Source of the DNA: Comamonadaceae bacterium
GTDB taxonomy: Bacteria > Pseudomonadota > Gammaproteobacteria > Burkholderiales > Burkholderiaceae_C
Direction of reading: 5' to 3'
DNA: 64,000 bases
Assembly (NCBI GenBank): GCA_947372865.1
Contig: CANBVJ010000001.1
Span: 81,772 to 145,771 of the forward strand
The notes beneath the pieces were generated by a model. That model was not told where the DNA came from, did no database searches, and saw only the letters and a list, made by a program, of their open reading frames with translations. The position numbers were made by a program, and so were the translations under genes. The first letter of the stretch is position 1. Each line of letters begins with the position of its first letter. This document shows, piece by piece, positions 32,137 to 40,761 of the stretch.

Positions 32137-32997
32137 TCAGAATTTGCCCGGCTTCTGCGCTGCTTCGCAATGCACTTGGTGCAGCGTCCAGCCCAGCGGC
32201 CCTGCGGCTTGCTGCGGCTCCAGGCACAGAGCGCTCAGGCAGCCGCCCCACACGCAGCCGGTGTCCATGGCCAGCACATCGCGCCGCGCCAGCGGTCCCA
32301 GCGTTGACCAGTGGCCAAACACCACCGTGTCTTGTGCGGTGCGCCGCCCGGGCACGTCAAACCAGGGCATGAAGCCCGCTGGCGCCTGGCCCGGGCCTTC
32401 CTTGCTCTCAAATTCCATATGGCCTTGCGCATCGCAAAAACGCAGCCGCGTGAGCGCGTTGACGATGACGCGCAAGCGCTCCACGCCGCGCAGGGACGCG
32501 CTCCATTGCGTAGGCGTGTTGCCGTACATGGCGTGCAGAAACTGGCCGTAGCCGGGTGCGCGCAGCACGTCTTGCACTTCGGCCCCCAGCGCCAGGGTTT
32601 GGTCGGCGCTCCAGTCGGGCAGCACGCCAGCGTGCACCAGCAGGAGTGGGTGGCCCGCTACGTTCAGCGAGAGCGCCATGGACTGCTGGCGCAGCCAGTC
32701 CAGAAGCACGCCGCGGTCGGGTGCGTCCAGCACTGCGCCTAGCGTGTCGCCCCGGCTTGGGCCCCGCACGCCGTGGGCAATAGCCAGTAAATGCAGGTCG
32801 TGGTTGCCCAGCAGGCAGCGCGCGGCGCCGTCCAGCGCCTTGAGCCGGCGCAGCACGCCCAGCGAGTCCGGCCCGCGGTTGACCAGGTCGCCCAGCAAGT
32901 AGAGCGTGTCACGGCTCGGGGAGAAAGCGATGTCGTCCAGCAGACGCGCCAGGGCGCTGTTGCAGCCCTGCACGTCGCCAATCAAGTAAAGTGCCAT
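32137..32997 (-). CDS. apaH: Symmetrical bis(5'-nucleosyl)-tetraphosphatase
   Basis: MALYLIGDVQGC, GDLVNRGP and GNHD metallophosphatase motifs. Start ATG 32997. Confidence 0.92.
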   Translation of the reverse strand: MALYLIGDVQGCNSALARLLDDIAFSPSRDTLYLLGDLVNRGPDSLGVLRRLKALDGAARCLLGNHDLHLLAIAHGVRGPSRGDTLGAVLDAPDRGVLLDWLRQQSMALSLNVAGHPLLLVHAGVLPDWSADQTLALGAEVQDVLRAPGYGQFLHAMYGNTPTQWSASLRGVERLRVIVNALTRLRFCDAQGHMEFESKEGPGQAPAGFMPWFDVPGRRTAQDTVVFGHWSTLGPLARRDVLAMDTGCVWGGCLSALCLEPQQAAGPLGWTLHQVHCEAAQKPGKF

Positions 32998-33020
32998 GTG
33001 TTCATTTTCGCGCCAGTTCC

Positions 33021-34328
33021 ATGGAATTTTTGCTGATCGTTTTTTTGACACTGCTCAACGGCGTGTTTGCCATGTCCGAGTTGGCGCTGGCCGGCAGCAA
33101 ACGCGCGCGTCTGGGTGCGCTGGCCGAAGCGGGCAACCTGGGGGCCAAAGCGGCGCTGGAACTGTTGGGTAACCCCAACCAGTTCTTGTCCACCGTGCAG
33201 GTGGGGATTACCTCGATTGGCGTGCTCAACGGCATTGTGGGCGAGGCGGCGTTCAGCGAGGGTGTGGCCGCCTGGTTGCAGACCTGGGGCACGTCCGAAA
33301 AAGCGTCTGCCATCTCGGCGACCGCGCTGGTCGTGACCGCGATCACCTTCACCACCATTATTTTTGGCGAGCTGGTGCCCAAGCGCATCGGCCAGTTGCA
33401 CCCAGAAGCCGTGGCCTGCTGGGTGGCGCGGCCCATGCTGTGGCTGGCCCGGGCGGCCAAGCCCTTTGTCAAGCTGCTCTCTAGCACCACGGCGGGCACG
33501 CTCAAGCTGCTGCGCATTGATACCACCACCGCACGCGCCGTGACCGAAGAAGAAATCTCCGCCAGCCTGGAAGAGGGCGTGGACGCCGGCCTGATTGAGG
33601 AACACGAGCACCAGATGGTGCAAAACGTGTTTCGCCTGGACGAGCGGCCCTTGACCTCGCTCATGACGCCGCGCACCGACGTGCAGTGGCTCGACGGCGC
33701 CGACACCGTGGCGCACAGCCTGGCCCTGGCGGCCACCGGCGGCGGCAAAGGCGCGCACTCCTGGTATCCGGTGTGCCGGGGCTCGCTGGACGACGTAGTG
33801 GGCGTGATCAGTGTGGCGCAACTGCTGGACCTGCGCGAGCAGATGGATGCGCCCATTAGCGCGCATGCTGCGCCTGCAGTGTTTGTGCCGGAGACGCTGA
33901 GCGGTATGGAGCTGCTGGAGCAGTTTCGCCTGCAGTCCGGGCGCCTGGTGTTTGTGGTGGACGAATACGGCGTGGTGCAGGGCCTGCTTACGCCGCGCGA
34001 CCTGTTGGAGGCCATCACCGGCGAACTGCAAATGGGCGCCCAAGCCGACGCCTGGGCCACCGAGCGGGAGGACGGCAGCTGGCTGCTTGACGGCGTCATG
34101 CCGCTGGGCGAGCTCAAGGCCCGGCTGGACATGGACAGTTTGCCGGACGAAGAGCGCGGACGCTACAACACGCTGGCGGGCCTGTTGATGTCCATCTCGG
34201 GGCGCTTGCCACGCCTGGGCGAGCGCATTGAATGCCAGCGTTGGACGTTTGAAGTGGTCGACCTGGATGGTCGGCGCGTGGACAAGGTGCTGGCGGTACG
34301 GCACCCGACACCGGACGCGGCGGTCTAA
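33021..34328 (+). CDS. HlyC/CorC-family transporter (DUF21-CBS-CorC_HlyC)
   Basis: N-terminus MEFLLIVFLTLLNGVFAMSELAL (DUF21), a CBS pair and a C-terminal CorC_HlyC domain. Start ATG 33021. Confidence 0.9.
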   Translation: MEFLLIVFLTLLNGVFAMSELALAGSKRARLGALAEAGNLGAKAALELLGNPNQFLSTVQVGITSIGVLNGIVGEAAFSEGVAAWLQTWGTSEKASAISATALVVTAITFTTIIFGELVPKRIGQLHPEAVACWVARPMLWLARAAKPFVKLLSSTTAGTLKLLRIDTTTARAVTEEEISASLEEGVDAGLIEEHEHQMVQNVFRLDERPLTSLMTPRTDVQWLDGADTVAHSLALAATGGGKGAHSWYPVCRGSLDDVVGVISVAQLLDLREQMDAPISAHAAPAVFVPETLSGMELLEQFRLQSGRLVFVVDEYGVVQGLLTPRDLLEAITGELQMGAQADAWATEREDGSWLLDGVMPLGELKARLDMDSLPDEERGRYNTLAGLLMSISGRLPRLGERIECQRWTFEVVDLDGRRVDKVLAVRHPTPDAAV

Positions 34329-34343
34329 AGCGCCTGTTGCGCC

Positions 34344-35126
34344 TTAGGCCTGCCCGGACAACCGGTAGGCCAGCAAACCAAGCAACTCGTGCAATAACAA
34401 GGCCCATTTGCGGCTGCCGCGCACCAGTGAGTATTCGGTCCACGGCGTGTGGCTTCCGGTGGCGAAGTCCACTGCGTAGGGCGTCACGTTCCAGCCGGCT
34501 TTTTGAAACGTGGCCAGCGCGCGGCCCATATGCCAGGCCGAAGTCACCAAGAGCCAGGGCTTGGTCGGGTCAACGCCAGTCAAGCGGGCGCTCAATACCG
34601 CGTTCTCAGACGTGGTGCGCGAGCGGTCCTCCATCAGCAGTCGCTCGCTTGGCACACCGAGCGACTCGTAAAAAATCCTGGCACGCTCCGCCTCAGGCAG
34701 GCCCTGGCCCAGAAAATCCCCTTCGCCGCCGGTAAACAGCAGTTGCAGCTTAGGGTTTTGACGCAGTAGCGCGAGCGGCACGAGCATGCGTTCGGCGGAA
34801 CTGTTCAGTGCCACCTGGCTGCGGCCTTCCCAGACGTAAGAGGGCTCCAGCGCGCCACCGAGCACCACCACGCCCTGAAACGCCTGCAGTTCCTGCACAC
34901 TGGGGGCGCTGCCGTAGGGGTCTTCCAGGCGGCGCAGCAGCGCATCAGGCAGCGGCTCCCAGCCTTGGATGAGCAGCACGAACAAGGCCAGCCATAGCAT
35001 TCCCAGGCCCCAAGTGCGCTTGCCAGTCTGCGTTCTTCCCAGCAGCAGCAAGGCCGCCAGCACCAGGGCCGCCACCCAGGCCAGCGGCTCGGTCAAAAAA
35101 ACCAGCAGCTTGGAGGCCAGAAACAT
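34344..35126 (-). CDS. YdcF/DUF218-family membrane-associated protein
   Basis: Two N-terminal TM helices followed by the DUF218 core (VVLGG...LLFTGG...VTSAWHMGRA). Start ATG 35126. Confidence 0.8.
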   Translation of the reverse strand: MFLASKLLVFLTEPLAWVAALVLAALLLLGRTQTGKRTWGLGMLWLALFVLLIQGWEPLPDALLRRLEDPYGSAPSVQELQAFQGVVVLGGALEPSYVWEGRSQVALNSSAERMLVPLALLRQNPKLQLLFTGGEGDFLGQGLPEAERARIFYESLGVPSERLLMEDRSRTTSENAVLSARLTGVDPTKPWLLVTSAWHMGRALATFQKAGWNVTPYAVDFATGSHTPWTEYSLVRGSRKWALLLHELLGLLAYRLSGQA

Positions 35127-35134
35127 GGACGGAT

Positions 35135-35758
35135 TTAGACCACTTTGGCGCTGGGGCGCGCGGCCATGCGGTCGCGCCAGTCTTGCAGTGCGTGCAAACC
35201 CAGGTCCGCCGGGCTGAATTTGAGCAAGGCGCGGCCAAACTCCAGCGCGCAAAAGGCGGTGATGTCAGCAATAGTGAAGCGCGGCCCGGCCATCCAGGCC
35301 TGGGTTTGCAGCAGTTCGTTAAACACCTTGGCCGTTTCTTTGACCTTGCCGGTCTGCGAGAGCCCAAAGTCGGCAAACTGGGGCGACTCCAGTGGCGCCA
35401 GGCCCGGGTGGGTGTGGCGTACGCCGTTGGCGATGCCCAGCAGCAGCGTCCACTCGCCCCGGCGGTCGGCCATTTCAATGAAGGCGCGCTCGTCAAAGTC
35501 CACTCCCATCAGGTTGGTCTCGGGGTACAGGCCCTCCAAGTAGCTGCAAATCGCGCGGGTCTCCGTCAGCACCCGGCCGTCGTCGAGCTCCAGCGCGGGC
35601 ACCTTGGCCAGCGGGCTTTTGGCACGAAAAGCCGCGCCAAAGTGTTCGCCCTGGTTCAGGTCCACCGGTACCAAGGCGATGCCAGTAATGCCTTTTTCCG
35701 CCATGAACATCTGCACCCGGCGGGGGTTGGGCGCGCGCGGGGCGTAGTAGAGCTTCAT
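35135..35758 (-). CDS. Glutathione S-transferase
   Basis: 207 aa with a thioredoxin-like N-domain (MKLYYAP.....RV, KVPALELDDG) and a helical C-domain. Confidence 0.85.
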   Translation of the reverse strand: MKLYYAPRAPNPRRVQMFMAEKGITGIALVPVDLNQGEHFGAAFRAKSPLAKVPALELDDGRVLTETRAICSYLEGLYPETNLMGVDFDERAFIEMADRRGEWTLLLGIANGVRHTHPGLAPLESPQFADFGLSQTGKVKETAKVFNELLQTQAWMAGPRFTIADITAFCALEFGRALLKFSPADLGLHALQDWRDRMAARPSAKVV

Positions 35759-35790
35759 GGGACGGACCTCAGGTTAAAAGTGCAGGGAAA

Positions 35791-36639
35791 TCAGTCCGCC
35801 AGCACGCGGCAGGCGTGCAGCAGGGCGCGGGTTTTGAGCGCTTCGGCGCGGGCGGCGGAAGCAAAGCCGGGGCCACTGTCGGCGTAAATGATGGCGCGCG
35901 AGGAATTGACCACGATGGGCGCCTGGGTGCTTTGCGCCTTGCCGCGCCAGCCGGCCCGCACCGTGGCCGCAGCGTCGCCACCTTGGGCTCCCACGCCGGG
36001 GATGAGCAGCGGCAGCGTGGTTGCTAGGGCGCGCACGCGTTCAATCTCCGAGGGGCGCGTGGCGCCCACCACCAGCCCGAGCTGGCCGTTCTGGTTCCAG
36101 GGGCCTTGGGCCAATGCTGCGATGTGCTCAAACAGCGCTGGCTGGCCCGGCAGATCGGCCAGGCGCTGGTTTTGCAGGTCATCACCGCCGGGGTTGGAGG
36201 TGCGGCAGAGCAAAAACGCGCCTTTGCCGTGGTATTTCAAATAGGGTTGCACCGAGTCCCAGCCCATGAAGGGCGAGAGCGTGACAGCGTCGGCGCCATA
36301 GCGCTCAAAGGCTTCGATGGCGTATTGCTCGGCGGTGTTGCCAATGTCGCCACGTTTGGCGTCCAAAATCACCGGCACCTGGGGCGCGACTTGGCGCAGG
36401 TGCGCCATCAGGCGCTCGAGCTGGTCTTCGGCGCGGTGGGCGGCAAAGTAGGCGATCTGGGGTTTGAAGGCGATGGCCAGGTCGGCGGTGGCCTCGGCGA
36501 TGGCCGCGCAAAAGTCGAATATCTTGGATGCGTCACCGCGCCAATGCAGGGGAAACTTGGCCGGATCAGGGTCCAGGCCGACGCAGAGCAAGGACTGGTT
36601 GTAGCGCTCGGCAGCGCCCAGTTTTTCGATAAAAGTCAT
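35791..36639 (-). CDS. pyrF: Orotidine 5'-phosphate decarboxylase (long, type 2 form)
   Basis: 282 aa containing [18 protein letters not shown] and [11 protein letters not shown]. Confidence 0.9.
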   Translation of the reverse strand: MTFIEKLGAAERYNQSLLCVGLDPDPAKFPLHWRGDASKIFDFCAAIAEATADLAIAFKPQIAYFAAHRAEDQLERLMAHLRQVAPQVPVILDAKRGDIGNTAEQYAIEAFERYGADAVTLSPFMGWDSVQPYLKYHGKGAFLLCRTSNPGGDDLQNQRLADLPGQPALFEHIAALAQGPWNQNGQLGLVVGATRPSEIERVRALATTLPLLIPGVGAQGGDAAATVRAGWRGKAQSTQAPIVVNSSRAIIYADSGPGFASAARAEALKTRALLHACRVLAD

Positions 36640-36664
36640 GCCTGCATTGTAGGCAGGCGCCCGC

Positions 36665-37198
36665 CTATTTGTGGAAAGGCGCTTTGGTGAACTTGGCGCA
36701 AATGCCCTTGAGCATGTGGCGCCGCGTGCCGTCTTTGAAGGTCAGGGTTTGCACAAAGGCGCCGTCGCTCAGGTCCAGGGTGAACTCTTCTTGGGTGATC
36801 ATCTGGCCAAAGCGCTCGAACATGGCCGGGCGGCTGACAAAGGCCTTGGTGCCTTCCATGCGCAGCGCGCCCTTGCGCGATTCTGAGATCGTGTATTCGC
36901 CCTGGTACCAGCCTGATTTGGCCTCGGGCTCCAGGCCCACGACCATGATGTCGGAATAGACCTTGGGCTCGGAATTGAGCGCGCCCTGGGGCGTGGAAAC
37001 CGTGACTTCACAGACAAAATTGCCGCCCTTTTTGCCTAGCAGGTTGGGGCCATCCAACTCGCCATCACGCCCGCCAGTGACGGACGGGCTGAGGTGAATC
37101 AGGTCCATTTCCACCGCCACCCAGCCCAGGCCGAGCGCCAGCAGCAGGGTGAACAGCGCGGTCAACAAAATGGCGGGCAGGGAGGATTGTTTTTTCAT
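36665..37198 (-). CDS. Hypothetical N-terminally anchored (predicted periplasm-facing) protein
   Basis: 177-aa ORF with one N-terminal TM helix ([23 protein letters not shown]). It starts 32 nt downstream of the carbonic anhydrase stop, preceded by an AAGG RBS. No recognisable family. Confidence 0.55.
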   Translation of the reverse strand: MKKQSSLPAILLTALFTLLLALGLGWVAVEMDLIHLSPSVTGGRDGELDGPNLLGKKGGNFVCEVTVSTPQGALNSEPKVYSDIMVVGLEPEAKSGWYQGEYTISESRKGALRMEGTKAFVSRPAMFERFGQMITQEEFTLDLSDGAFVQTLTFKDGTRRHMLKGICAKFTKAPFHK

Positions 37199-37230
37199 AG
37201 CGGGCCTTGGGGCGTTAGGGGAGCGTCTGC

Positions 37231-38541
37231 TTAATTGGTCGTGATTTCACGGCCATTGAGTTCCTGCACCGGGCGCGCATTGCGCTTGAACGGGAAGGCG
37301 GCGACTTGTTCCTTGGCCACGTTGACGGTGGACTTCAGGATGAAGAAGCGCACGCCCTCGGTACACGGCGGGGTGGTGAGCGAGCCTTCGTAGCTGTAGA
37401 AATCAAATTCGCGTGGCAACAGGTTGGCCGGGTTGAAGTTCACGCCTTCGGCGACCACTTCAGGGCCTTCTTCCAGGGGCATGTTGGCCCACAGGGTTTT
37501 GATGCCGGGGTTTTCGTTGCCCTCTTTGAGCAGCACGCCTAGTACCGCAAGCTTGCCCTCGGCGCTCTTGTGCACAAAGTGCACCACCATGGCCATGGGC
37601 TTGCCGTCGATTTTTTCTTCACTGGGGCGGTGGAAGTGGAATTGCAGCAGCTCGTGCGGCACGCCGTCGATGCGGATTTTGCTGCCCGGTGGCACGTTGA
37701 CCTGGATGGTGTGGCCGTTGTTGATCATTTTCAACGGACCTTCCTTGTAGTCGGTCGTCACCACGGTACGGGTTTTGACGAAGGGGCCGCGGATGTCCAG
37801 CGGCGACTGCGACTTGCCCTTGGCGCAGGTGGGGAACTCTTTGCCCCAGCGCTCGGGACCCATTTCACCGTCATAAGACCAGTGAACCGCGTGCTTTTCG
37901 GGGGTCTTTTTGTCGTCTGCTTTGCCGTGTCCATCGTCCTTGGCGTTCTCGTCTTTCGCCCCAGCTTTCTCGCCATGGGCGGGTTTTTCGTCCTTGGCGT
38001 CTTTTGCGCCCTCGGCTTTGGCGGCCTTGGGCAGGCAATCGGCCATGATGGCGACTTTTTCACCCGCCGCAGCCAATCCGATCTGGGCGGCACAAATGGT
38101 GTTCTTGCGGTCGCCCAGCTCGGACAACTGCAGCGCTTTGCGGAACGACTCAATGGCAGCCGGGTTGTCAGCACCCTTGGTGAGCATGCGCAGCGCGCCC
38201 AAGCCCACCTGCCGTTCGGCCGACAGGTTCTTTTGCGATTTGTAGGCGGTTTCCAGGTCGGCCAGCGTGGCGCCGTTGGCCATGGCAGCCTTGACGGCGG
38301 CGAGCTGCTGCACCTGGCCCTCCAGAGGTGCCATTTCTTCGCGCAGGGCGGCCATCTCTTCTTCGGCTGCCTTGATTGCAGCTTCTTTTTGGGTCGCCGT
38401 TTTGGCGGCTTCTTCAGCGGCCGCCGTGAGCTCGGTCAATTGGCCGGTGGCTTTCTGATTGCCTTTAAAGTTGGTCCAGCCAAAGGCGCCGGCGCCCACC
38501 AGGGCCAGGGCCAGGATGACTTCAATAATGGTTCTTTTCAT
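37231..38541 (-). CDS. Membrane-anchored coiled-coil / alpha-class carbonic anhydrase fusion
   Basis: The N-terminus has a TM helix, about 170 aa of A/E/K-rich helical sequence and a K/D/E-rich linker. A complete alpha-CA domain follows: HWSYDGE, NNGHTIQV, LQFHFH, VHFVH, GSLTTPPC and the Cys pair FPTC/TPPC. Start set to ATG 38541. Confidence 0.85.
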   Translation of the reverse strand: MKRTIIEVILALALVGAGAFGWTNFKGNQKATGQLTELTAAAEEAAKTATQKEAAIKAAEEEMAALREEMAPLEGQVQQLAAVKAAMANGATLADLETAYKSQKNLSAERQVGLGALRMLTKGADNPAAIESFRKALQLSELGDRKNTICAAQIGLAAAGEKVAIMADCLPKAAKAEGAKDAKDEKPAHGEKAGAKDENAKDDGHGKADDKKTPEKHAVHWSYDGEMGPERWGKEFPTCAKGKSQSPLDIRGPFVKTRTVVTTDYKEGPLKMINNGHTIQVNVPPGSKIRIDGVPHELLQFHFHRPSEEKIDGKPMAMVVHFVHKSAEGKLAVLGVLLKEGNENPGIKTLWANMPLEEGPEVVAEGVNFNPANLLPREFDFYSYEGSLTTPPCTEGVRFFILKSTVNVAKEQVAAFPFKRNARPVQELNGREITTN

Positions 38542-38592
38542 GGTGCTTCTCGGTTTACGCAATCAGGGGGAAAGGGAAGGGGCCGTGGATGG

Positions 38593-38619
38593 GTATCGGC
38601 AGGAAGGGAAGAAGTTTGA
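38593..38619 (-). promoter_or_regulatory. Sigma-28 (FliA)-type promoter upstream of the carbonic anhydrase gene
   Basis: The minus strand reads TCAAACTT-N11-GCCGATAC. It has the same architecture as the fliC, flaG and fliD promoters in this window. It sits 52 nt upstream of ATG 38541, just after the stop of the preceding lipoprotein gene. Confidence 0.55.
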
Positions 38620-38623
38620 GGCC

Positions 38624-39520
38624 TCACTGGTCACCCCGGAAGCTGATGCCGCTGCCACTGGTGTCGGTGAGGATGAGTTCGAGGCGTTTGGTCTTACCGG
38701 AGACGGGCGAGTTGTGGATAAAGCCGATGCCGGTCAAAACGGTTGGACCGATGCTGCTGGGCGGCGTGCGAACGCATCCGGTGCTCACTGGAATTTCCAA
38801 ACGCGCCAGGTAATAGGGGTTTGTCAGTGTTGACGCCGCAGTGAGCGTCAGATTCAACGGACAGAAGGCGTAGGTGGCGCTGTTTGTGAGGGCGCCTTCG
38901 CTGTTGAAGGTCAGGGTCAGATCGGCAGAGGCTGCGCTCAGGTTGTCCGTGAGTGTTCCCGTCCAGCTGCCAGGCAGTGCGGCGTAGCTGGTGATAGCGC
39001 TGGCGCTGAAACTTGGATTGGCTTGGTTGTTGGTAAGCGTAATGCCACTCAAGCTGACTTGATAGTTGGTGGCCGATGCGCCAGAAATCGATCCGCCGCC
39101 CGTGCTGAGATGGCTCGGGCTAGAGTTCACCAAGTGGGTGCTGAATTGAAATGCGGTCAGGCCCGGACTTGCAATAGTGGCGGAGGTGCTGCTGGTGCTG
39201 CTCAACGCTCCCCGGTAAATATCTGGGTAAATGCTGGCACTGGGGTTAGTCTGCAGGTAATACAAGGCGTACCAAGTAAGTTCCGGCGTCAAAAAACTTA
39301 TGAAATCGCTGCTGTACAAGCTGCCTTGGTAAGCCCCTGCCATTGCCAAACTAGGCGTAGAGCCACCCCCTGAATTTTGCTGCGATCCGTCTGTCGTGGT
39401 GCTGGTGCCGCTGCTTTGCCCGCCGCAAGACGAGAGCAGCGTGCCTGCCACCAGGCAGGACGCAGCCGCCCAGCGGCGCAGGGTGGTCAGGTTTGGGTGG
39501 CGCGAAGCGTTTGGGGTCAT
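38624..39520 (-). CDS. Ser/Thr-rich lipoprotein of unknown function, translationally coupled to the upstream gene
   Basis: Lipobox LLSSCGG. The mature part is Ser/Thr/Gly-rich and looks beta-strand-like. ATG 39520 overlaps the upstream stop (ATGA). GC content looks lower than the neighbours by eye. Confidence 0.6.
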   Translation of the reverse strand: MTPNASRHPNLTTLRRWAAASCLVAGTLLSSCGGQSSGTSTTTDGSQQNSGGGSTPSLAMAGAYQGSLYSSDFISFLTPELTWYALYYLQTNPSASIYPDIYRGALSSTSSTSATIASPGLTAFQFSTHLVNSSPSHLSTGGGSISGASATNYQVSLSGITLTNNQANPSFSASAITSYAALPGSWTGTLTDNLSAASADLTLTFNSEGALTNSATYAFCPLNLTLTAASTLTNPYYLARLEIPVSTGCVRTPPSSIGPTVLTGIGFIHNSPVSGKTKRLELILTDTSGSGISFRGDQ

Positions 39521-40272
39521 GGTGATATCCACCCCGCTTGCAGCCAGTGGCAGTAGCCGGGGCTAAAAGGCCAGGCAATGTGGTGCACCGGCGTGCCTGC
39601 GGGAAAAACGTGGTCGGTCAGGTGGTCCAGCCACTCGCCTTGGGCGTGCAACTGGCGGCTGAAGCGGCCGAGTTCGACCGGGCGGGTGGCGCTCTGCGCT
39701 GGCTGGCTGGCTGCAGAGGTGGGGGCGGGCGCTTGCACGCTGCGCTGCATGATGGGTGCGCTGGCGCTGCCGGCGCGGCGCTGCGTGCGTCCAGAGAAAG
39801 CGTCGTGCACGCTGCCCCAGCGCCGGCCGTGCATGCGGGCGGTGATGGTGTCAATCCGGCGGCTAGCCTCGTCCACCGACGGGGTGTGAAAGCGCAATTG
39901 GCCCAGTACGTTGTCAAACAGCACCAGCGCACGCGGGTGGGCTTGCAACACGGCGTCCAGGTCGGTCAGGGCGTCGGCGGTGTTGCATTGCAAAGCCGTG
40001 TTGGAGGCGCGCAGTGCCGCGCCGTGGCGCAGCCGAAACAAGGGCGCAGCCCAGCGGTCCAGGTCAAAAGTGGTCACGGTTTGAAAGCCTTGCAGCCAGC
40101 TGCTGGGCATCATCCACCCGGCGCTGGCGCCCACGATCACTAGTTCTGAATGGGTGTCTTTTGACGGCGGCATCTGGCCCAGCCACTGCGCGATGTCGGC
40201 GCAGGTCGCCGTCCACTGCGCCTGGTGGCGCCAGGCGTGCAGATGCCAGAACAGGCCGCCGGAGGGGTTCAT
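39517..40272 (-). CDS. Hypothetical protein translationally coupled to fliJ
   Basis: 251-aa ORF whose ATG (40272-40270) overlaps the fliJ stop (ATGA). It has a central P/A/S/Q-rich linker. No recognisable family. Confidence 0.6.
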   Translation of the reverse strand: MNPSGGLFWHLHAWRHQAQWTATCADIAQWLGQMPPSKDTHSELVIVGASAGWMMPSSWLQGFQTVTTFDLDRWAAPLFRLRHGAALRASNTALQCNTADALTDLDAVLQAHPRALVLFDNVLGQLRFHTPSVDEASRRIDTITARMHGRRWGSVHDAFSGRTQRRAGSASAPIMQRSVQAPAPTSAASQPAQSATRPVELGRFSRQLHAQGEWLDHLTDHVFPAGTPVHHIAWPFSPGYCHWLQAGWISP

Positions 40273-40712
40273 GCGGCGCGGGCCTGGTTGAATTGCAGCA
40301 TGCCGAGTTCGTCCATGCTGTGCTGCTCGCGCTTGTTGGTGTACTTTTGCACAGCCAGGCGGTCGTTCTCGGTCAGGGTTTTCATCTTCAGGCGCTCAGC
40401 TTCGGCCTGCAGCATGCGGTGCGCCAGGGTTTGCAGGTGCAACTGCGAGGTACCAATGTCACGGTCCACCCGCTCGCGCAGCGTCAAAAGCTGCGACATG
40501 AACTGGCGCTGGTTCATGGCGTCGGACATGCCACGGGACGTGTCGGCGGCAGCGGTCTTGGCGCGGTACTCTTCATAGAGTTGCTCCAAGCGCTGCTGGC
40601 TGGCCAAAAGCGAATCGCGCAGTTGTTCGGCCTGCACGGTCTCCGCGCGCAGCTTGGTGATGTTTTGCTCGGCCTTGCCTTCCAGGGCGGACCAACAGGC
40701 GCGGATCTTCAT
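40269..40712 (-). CDS. fliJ: Flagellar export protein FliJ
   Basis: 147-aa coiled-coil protein directly after fliI. It has a FliJ-like heptad pattern and a C-terminal DEL motif region. Confidence 0.8.
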   Translation of the reverse strand: MKIRACWSALEGKAEQNITKLRAETVQAEQLRDSLLASQQRLEQLYEEYRAKTAAADTSRGMSDAMNQRQFMSQLLTLRERVDRDIGTSQLHLQTLAHRMLQAEAERLKMKTLTENDRLAVQKYTNKREQHSMDELGMLQFNQARAA

Positions 40713-40761
40713 GCGGCTTGTCCTTCGGGCTGTGTTGGGTGTGTTTGGGCGGTCATGGATT

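Noticed and set aside
36640-36658. Hairpin GCCTGC-N7-GCAGGC between the 177-aa gene and pyrF, considered as a terminator separating the CA module from pyrF.
   Set aside because: The stem is only 6 bp, there is no proper U-tract, and it abuts the pyrF start codon. It might affect pyrF translation, but the evidence is too weak to call.
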